The notes under the pieces are model-generated. The model made no database searches, was not told the DNA's origin, and saw nothing but the letters and a program-made list of their open reading frames with translations. DNA of 64,000 nucleotides from the human T2T-CHM13v2.0 reference genome, Homo sapiens. The translations under genes were made by a program, and so were the position numbers. Below are positions 58,289-64,000 of the stretch, piece after piece. Position 1 is the first letter of the stretch, and each line of letters starts with the position of its first letter. Location: the NCBI RefSeq assembly GCF_009914755.1, contig NC_060939.1; one strand, given 5' to 3'.

Positions 58289-60940
58289 AATAACAGCAAT
58301 ACATTAGCATACATTAGTTGTATACTGTATTAATAACAATGGGAATGAGACAACTCTTGATCAAAGAAAGATTTCTGTGAAGCTGATTTTTTTTTAAGTT
58401 TTTAAATAATGTCACATTGAACAACACATTTAACAGCTGAATAATTTGTAATGAAGACTAAGCAATAGTTAAAATATAACATTATTAACAGTTGTGGAAA
58501 ATACAGAAATTTATCATATCATTAAACCAGTTTTTATTAAAAAACAAAATGTGATGTTAGGTCAGTTCAGGGATAAATTAAGCCATACATTATATTGACT
58601 TCCACTTACATGAGATTCCTAGCAATCATATTTGCTGCAATGATTACCCACTGACTTGCATTCATTATAACAAGGTACAAATAAAGCAAATGGCCAAACA
58701 GCAACCAAAATATACTGTTTTAAGAGTTAAACACATTCTTAAAATTAAAATGCTAAAAAGTACCTAAGAGACTTAATTGGGACTCTCATATTTCAAAAGA
58801 TTTTGGGTTATGATGACCTAGATTAGTTCCAGGAGCAGTAGCTTGTTTACCAAATCTAAGATCTTGGAAAGAAGAAAATGTTCTAGCCTGTTTTTGGCAT
58901 CATTCATACTACATTGTTTAAAATGAGCTAGAATGGGGGTTATTTATAAGCTAAGCTACTGGACAAACACTTCATCTAATAATATCTTGTATACACATAA
59001 GTCAGATTTAATAAGAATCAAGATCAGGTATTAAGAATTCACTTTTAATATCCTATATACTTTGTCTTTGTAAATTAGTATCACCACTATTACATAAAAT
59101 GTGTGCAGAGGTGCATACGGGTTTTTCTTTATCCATACTTCTTTTAAAGATATATTCTGGGATGTTGTTAATCTCCTGCTATTACAAAGAATGCTATGTT
59201 TGATTCAATCTGAAATTGAAAACCAATCACACATTTTTTATTATAATAAAATAACATTTTATGAAAAGTTTTTCCATGAAGACAATGGATCCCATATTTA
59301 CTTGTCCCTTTGACAACTGCAACTTTGTGAAATAATATTTTGTAGATGAAGAAACTGAATCATAGAAATTAAGGTAGCCGTTGGGTTACCCTGTAAGAAT
59401 CACCAACTCTAGGTTTAATTCCAAGTGCTGTTTTTTTTTCCACAATTACCTATCACTGATACATGTCATTACCTCTGCTAATAGAGACAAACAGTCATAC
59501 AAATGACTGATTCTGCAGTTTAAATTCTGGAGAATGTTAACAGAAATCTGGTAGAGTGACACAGTTGTATGTGTATTTAGCCAATCTTGTGTAGGTGTAA
59601 GGAGACTCAATCATTAAGTCCCCAAAGCTTTAATACTGTTTGCTTTGCATTTAACATTTTTTAAAATTTGCTTATTTGAAACTATTTCACATTGGTTTGC
59701 TTCCAAGTGATATGACTAAACTCTTTTGGCTACCTCAAACTCTAGCATGTCTAAAACTGAATTAGTTTTCCTCTGAATAAGAGTCACCATTATTATCAGT
59801 GGCATCCTCCCAATTCCCTAAGCTAACAAACTTCGGAGAGAACATACTCATTGACTGTGTGTTTAGTAAGTGCCTGGCACAACCACTTCACTCAGATTAT
59901 GTCATTCTAATAAAGTTATAAAATGGTGTAAAATACTATTACTATCCCAGTTTTAATCAATAAAATGGAAACTCAGAAAAGTCAGCAACTTTAGCTTACA
60001 CAGAGAAGGTAACAAAATCAAATCTTGAACACTTTTAGTTCTAAGTGCTAAAACAATCTGTAGAATTAATGTGTGTAAAATTAATATAAAGAGTTGAGAC
60101 TATAATTTTCTTTTTAAATAAAGTAGAAAAAAGAAAAAATCAGTCATCATTGCTTATAGCAAGATTGGTAAATAACTTGTTTTTGGGCAGGGGTCGATAG
60201 GGATGTTGTCATGGGGGAGCAATGTGAAATGTCTAATTGTGGATTGCAGTCAAAAAAATTGTAAAGTCACTGCTCCATCTGACACTGTCTCTCAATTACT
60301 ACCATCCCCTCCACTGTCTCCAAATAGATATTGGTTTTTACCATATCATATTCAACAAACATGGACTTTGGAAGCACAATAGCTGAAATTAGGTAGAATT
60401 TTACTAAATAGAGTTGGAGAAAATAGTCGCTAGAGACGTACAGCCAAAATTCATATACATCACAGGCTGCCACCACTCAATTCTACTGGCCCTCTTTTAC
60501 TAGAGGTGACACTACTTCTAAAGACACAGATGTTTAGAGATCCCTAAGGATTCACAATGTACAAATCCTATAACTACTGAATATAGCTTTCTGTGTAGAG
60601 GGAGATAATAGTTGTCTTTTTCCTTATATAAATGCTAGAGTCAACCTTTCTGTCAAGAGCTCTCCGTTTTCAATGCAATTTCAGTTTATAAAGTACTTAT
60701 CATTTGAATACCTCAATAGTTTTCACCATTTTAGACCAGCAAGATTTTAACTACAGCACCTAAGAGAGGAAACATCAGTAAGACCTCATAAACTGAGTGC
60801 CTCAATTGAAGCTCGCACTTAATGGGAATAAATTTTCATTCTTCATTCACAAAAACAAAACAAACCATCAAACATGCATGCTCCCTTCCCATTCAAACTC
60901 AAAATATAGGAGACCACCACAAACAGAAAGGGATAGTGGA

Positions 60941-61256
60941 GGCCAGGCATGGTGGCTCATGCTTGTAATTCCAGACTTTAGGAGGCTGATACAGGAAGAT
61001 TGCTTGAGGACATGAGTTTAAGACCAGGCTGAGCAACAGAGTGAGACCTCGTTTCTACAAAAAAAAAAAAAAAAAAAAAAAAAAAGTTAAAAATCAGCTG
61101 GGCATGGTGATGCACACCTGTAGTACCAGCTTCTCAGGGACTGAGGCAGAAGGATTGCTTGAGCCTAGGAACTGGAGGTTGCAGTGAGCCACGATTAAGC
61201 CACTGTACTCCAGCCTGGGCAACAGAGCAAGAACCTGTCTCAAAAAACAAAAAAAG
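60941..61256 (+). mobile_element. AluJ with long poly(A) linker
   Basis: Sense dimer, TSD gaaagggatagt. Confidence 0.93.
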
Positions 61257-62025
61257 AAAGGGATAGTAGAGTGTACAATTTCTGTAAGTTTGTACGGGCC
61301 ATCTGATACTCTCTTACTCCTCTGGGCCAGCTCCCCTACCCCCAACCCCCAGCTCTTCTAAAACATCATAGGGTAACCTCAGCTTCTGATTCACCTGTTG
61401 CCCCAGGAAGAAAGGACTTTGTTTTTTGTTTCTTGTTTTTTTCAAACCACAAGTTTCTGAGGGCAGAGGCCATGTTAGTTCTTGCTCATCACAGTACTTC
61501 TAGCACATATGTGCCAGGCACATTGAAAGTGCTTGGTTATACTTGTTTCAGTGAACAAGAGAGGGAGAATGGTCCAGATGTCTAAGGTTTTACTATTTCT
61601 AACAGTTAAATTCTAAAATGTTGTCATATTTAACCAATATGACTATATAATCACAACTGTTTATTGCAGAAGGAAATATTCATAAGAATTCCTATCACTT
61701 TGAAAAAGAACATTTTGTCAAAATATGGGTGTTTGGTAGAAACATTTTAGAAATAGAGCATTTCTAAAACAAAATCCAAGTGTTTTGTACTAAATCAAAA
61801 CAAGCATCCCATGTTGTCAATCCCTTGATTTCATACAAGGACCCATGTAAATTACAAAATATTAGATGCAATATCCTACAAAACACAGCTGGGGCAAATG
61901 AGCTATTTTAATCTATATTTAAGCTATCTAAGTACAGAATGAAATACCAGTTAATGAAAGACAAGACTTGAGTGCACTAGCAGAACAGTAAAATGACTAT
62001 TAGGGTTATCATAAAATTCATTGCC

Positions 62026-62135
62026 CACTGAGGTGGGAGGTTTGCTTGAGGCCAGGAGTTCAAGACCATCTTGGCCAACATAGCAAGACCTGTCTCTAAA
62101 AAGAAAAAAATATATATTAAAAAAATAAAAAAGTA
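62026..62135 (+). mobile_element. Alu/FLAM fragment
   Basis: ctgaggtgggagg...caagacctgtctct + A-rich tail. Confidence 0.8.
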
Positions 62136-62841
62136 AAATTCATGATCCAAACAGTGGTAACACACTTAGAGTGAAAGGAGACCATTGTGAAATAGGATTG
62201 GACACAGGACAACAGGCAGAAACCAGGATCATCCTATGTAGCATTTAACCCAGCCCATCAAAGTAGTTTGAACTTAATGGTACAGTTAGAGATATAAAAC
62301 AGTTAAATATGTTAAATTTTTTAAGCGTGAATTTTGTATTTCATGAAACTCACTGATATAAGCCCAAAAATAAAATTATGATATCTTAGAACTTACATAG
62401 TAGTTGTTGAGCAAGCAACAGGCGCTTAATTTTTTATCAAGCATCTAATAAATACTAATTCTGTGCCAACCTGTGACAGGTATGAGGAAAACAGCTGGGA
62501 AGAAGTCAGATGTCATCACCACCCTTGAAGAACAATTATTCTAGTGAAGGAGACAGTATAATATGAAGAAATGAGGGAAGCACAAACTATCATATAGTAC
62601 CTGGCCTTCTTTCAGTTCCTAAAGCATGCCAGACTCTTTCTAAATTCAGAACCTTTGCACATATACCTTTGGCCTGGGATGTTCTTTCCCCTTACACAGC
62701 TGGTGCCTTCTCATCCTCTGCTCATTTTCTCAGGGGCCTTACCTAACCAAAGAGGACTTCTCCTTGCTCTCACTTAGTCACTCTCTTAGCCTTCGTATAT
62801 TTCCTTCAGCGCACTTGGAATGTGTTTATCTTACGCACTGA

Positions 62842-63210
<369 letters not shown>

Positions 63211-64000
63211 TAAATACTATTTTCTAAGCACCTTATATGGATTATCTCATTTCCTCATTACAGTAGCCCTTTAAGTAGGTATTATCACTAGCCTCATTTT
63301 TTACACATTGAAACTAAAGAAAAAAATTGTCCTCTATATTTCTAAATAATTAGTTTATACCATTTCCTGATTTAATTTGACAATTATCTCTAATTTCTTA
63401 TTTCTTTATATCCATCTCTTTCTCAGCTTCCTAGTTTCAAGGATGAAATGTCTTATTTACTTTGAGTCTACTTATTACCATTCGACTTACTTCTAAGAGT
63501 ATCTATGTATTACTTTGAGAACAATGTCAAAATATAATCACCTAGCCTGTTTCTTTCCAGTTTCCTGATAAAAGCCAGATGATCATTATTTCATTTCTGG
63601 TGCCAGAACCTAGAGGCAATTGTGCTCTGCTAGAGGCATGAAGTAATACAAAATACAGAAAATATTCCAGCAACTAGCAGGGAATTTGAGTTTTACTTTT
63701 TTAGTTGGACAGGTTGCTTTTCTCTGGGTCTTACATTTTCTCAACTGTAAAAATGAAAGAAACTCACACACTCTAAAGATCTTTCCAACTGTGGTTTCTA
63801 GTGACAGAGTGATTTTGTAATTTCAGAATAACAAAATTATTTTCACGCCCTCAGCTTTTTAAAGTGGATTTAATATGTACCACTGTGTAACCTGAATGTT
63901 GTTGTTTTGTTGTTGTTAGCAACTTAGAGTACCCTGGTAAATACCTCAATTCTGCACCATAAGCTACAACAAAAGGTACAGGCCATGGTTAGACTACGAC

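Overview
Primate (human-like) genomic DNA, AT-rich and dense in Alu, L1, L2, MIR, MaLR and DNA-transposon relics. The window lies inside one minus-strand gene, which I recognise from its protein sequence as ATOSA (FAM214A/KIAA1370). Seven consecutive internal coding exons lie between 2392 and 16109, one of them 1816 nt long. All have GT-AG boundaries and compatible phases. An alternative first coding exon (MVFSGNKGLHRE, 54122-54158) with a CCAAT/E-box/ETS promoter-like region lies 38 kb upstream and splices in frame, giving 890 codons in the window. The 3' exons lie left of the window. The canonical start exon (MKPDR, from memory) was not found and presumably lies right of it. Almost all other ORFs in the track are Alu/L1/LTR-derived or chance. 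I do not see a convincing new biological system. The most interesting unexplained structures are: a ~100-bp, ~90% identical non-Alu inverted repeat (39301-39697); a 100-bp templated duplication embedded in a duplicated Alu junction (16658-16838, source 19794-19893); a conserved tandem protein repeat in the giant exon; inverted Alus bracketing the 185-nt exon; and a twin-primed 5'-inverted L1. Repeat subfamily names are by-eye recognition and most repeat boundaries are approximate.
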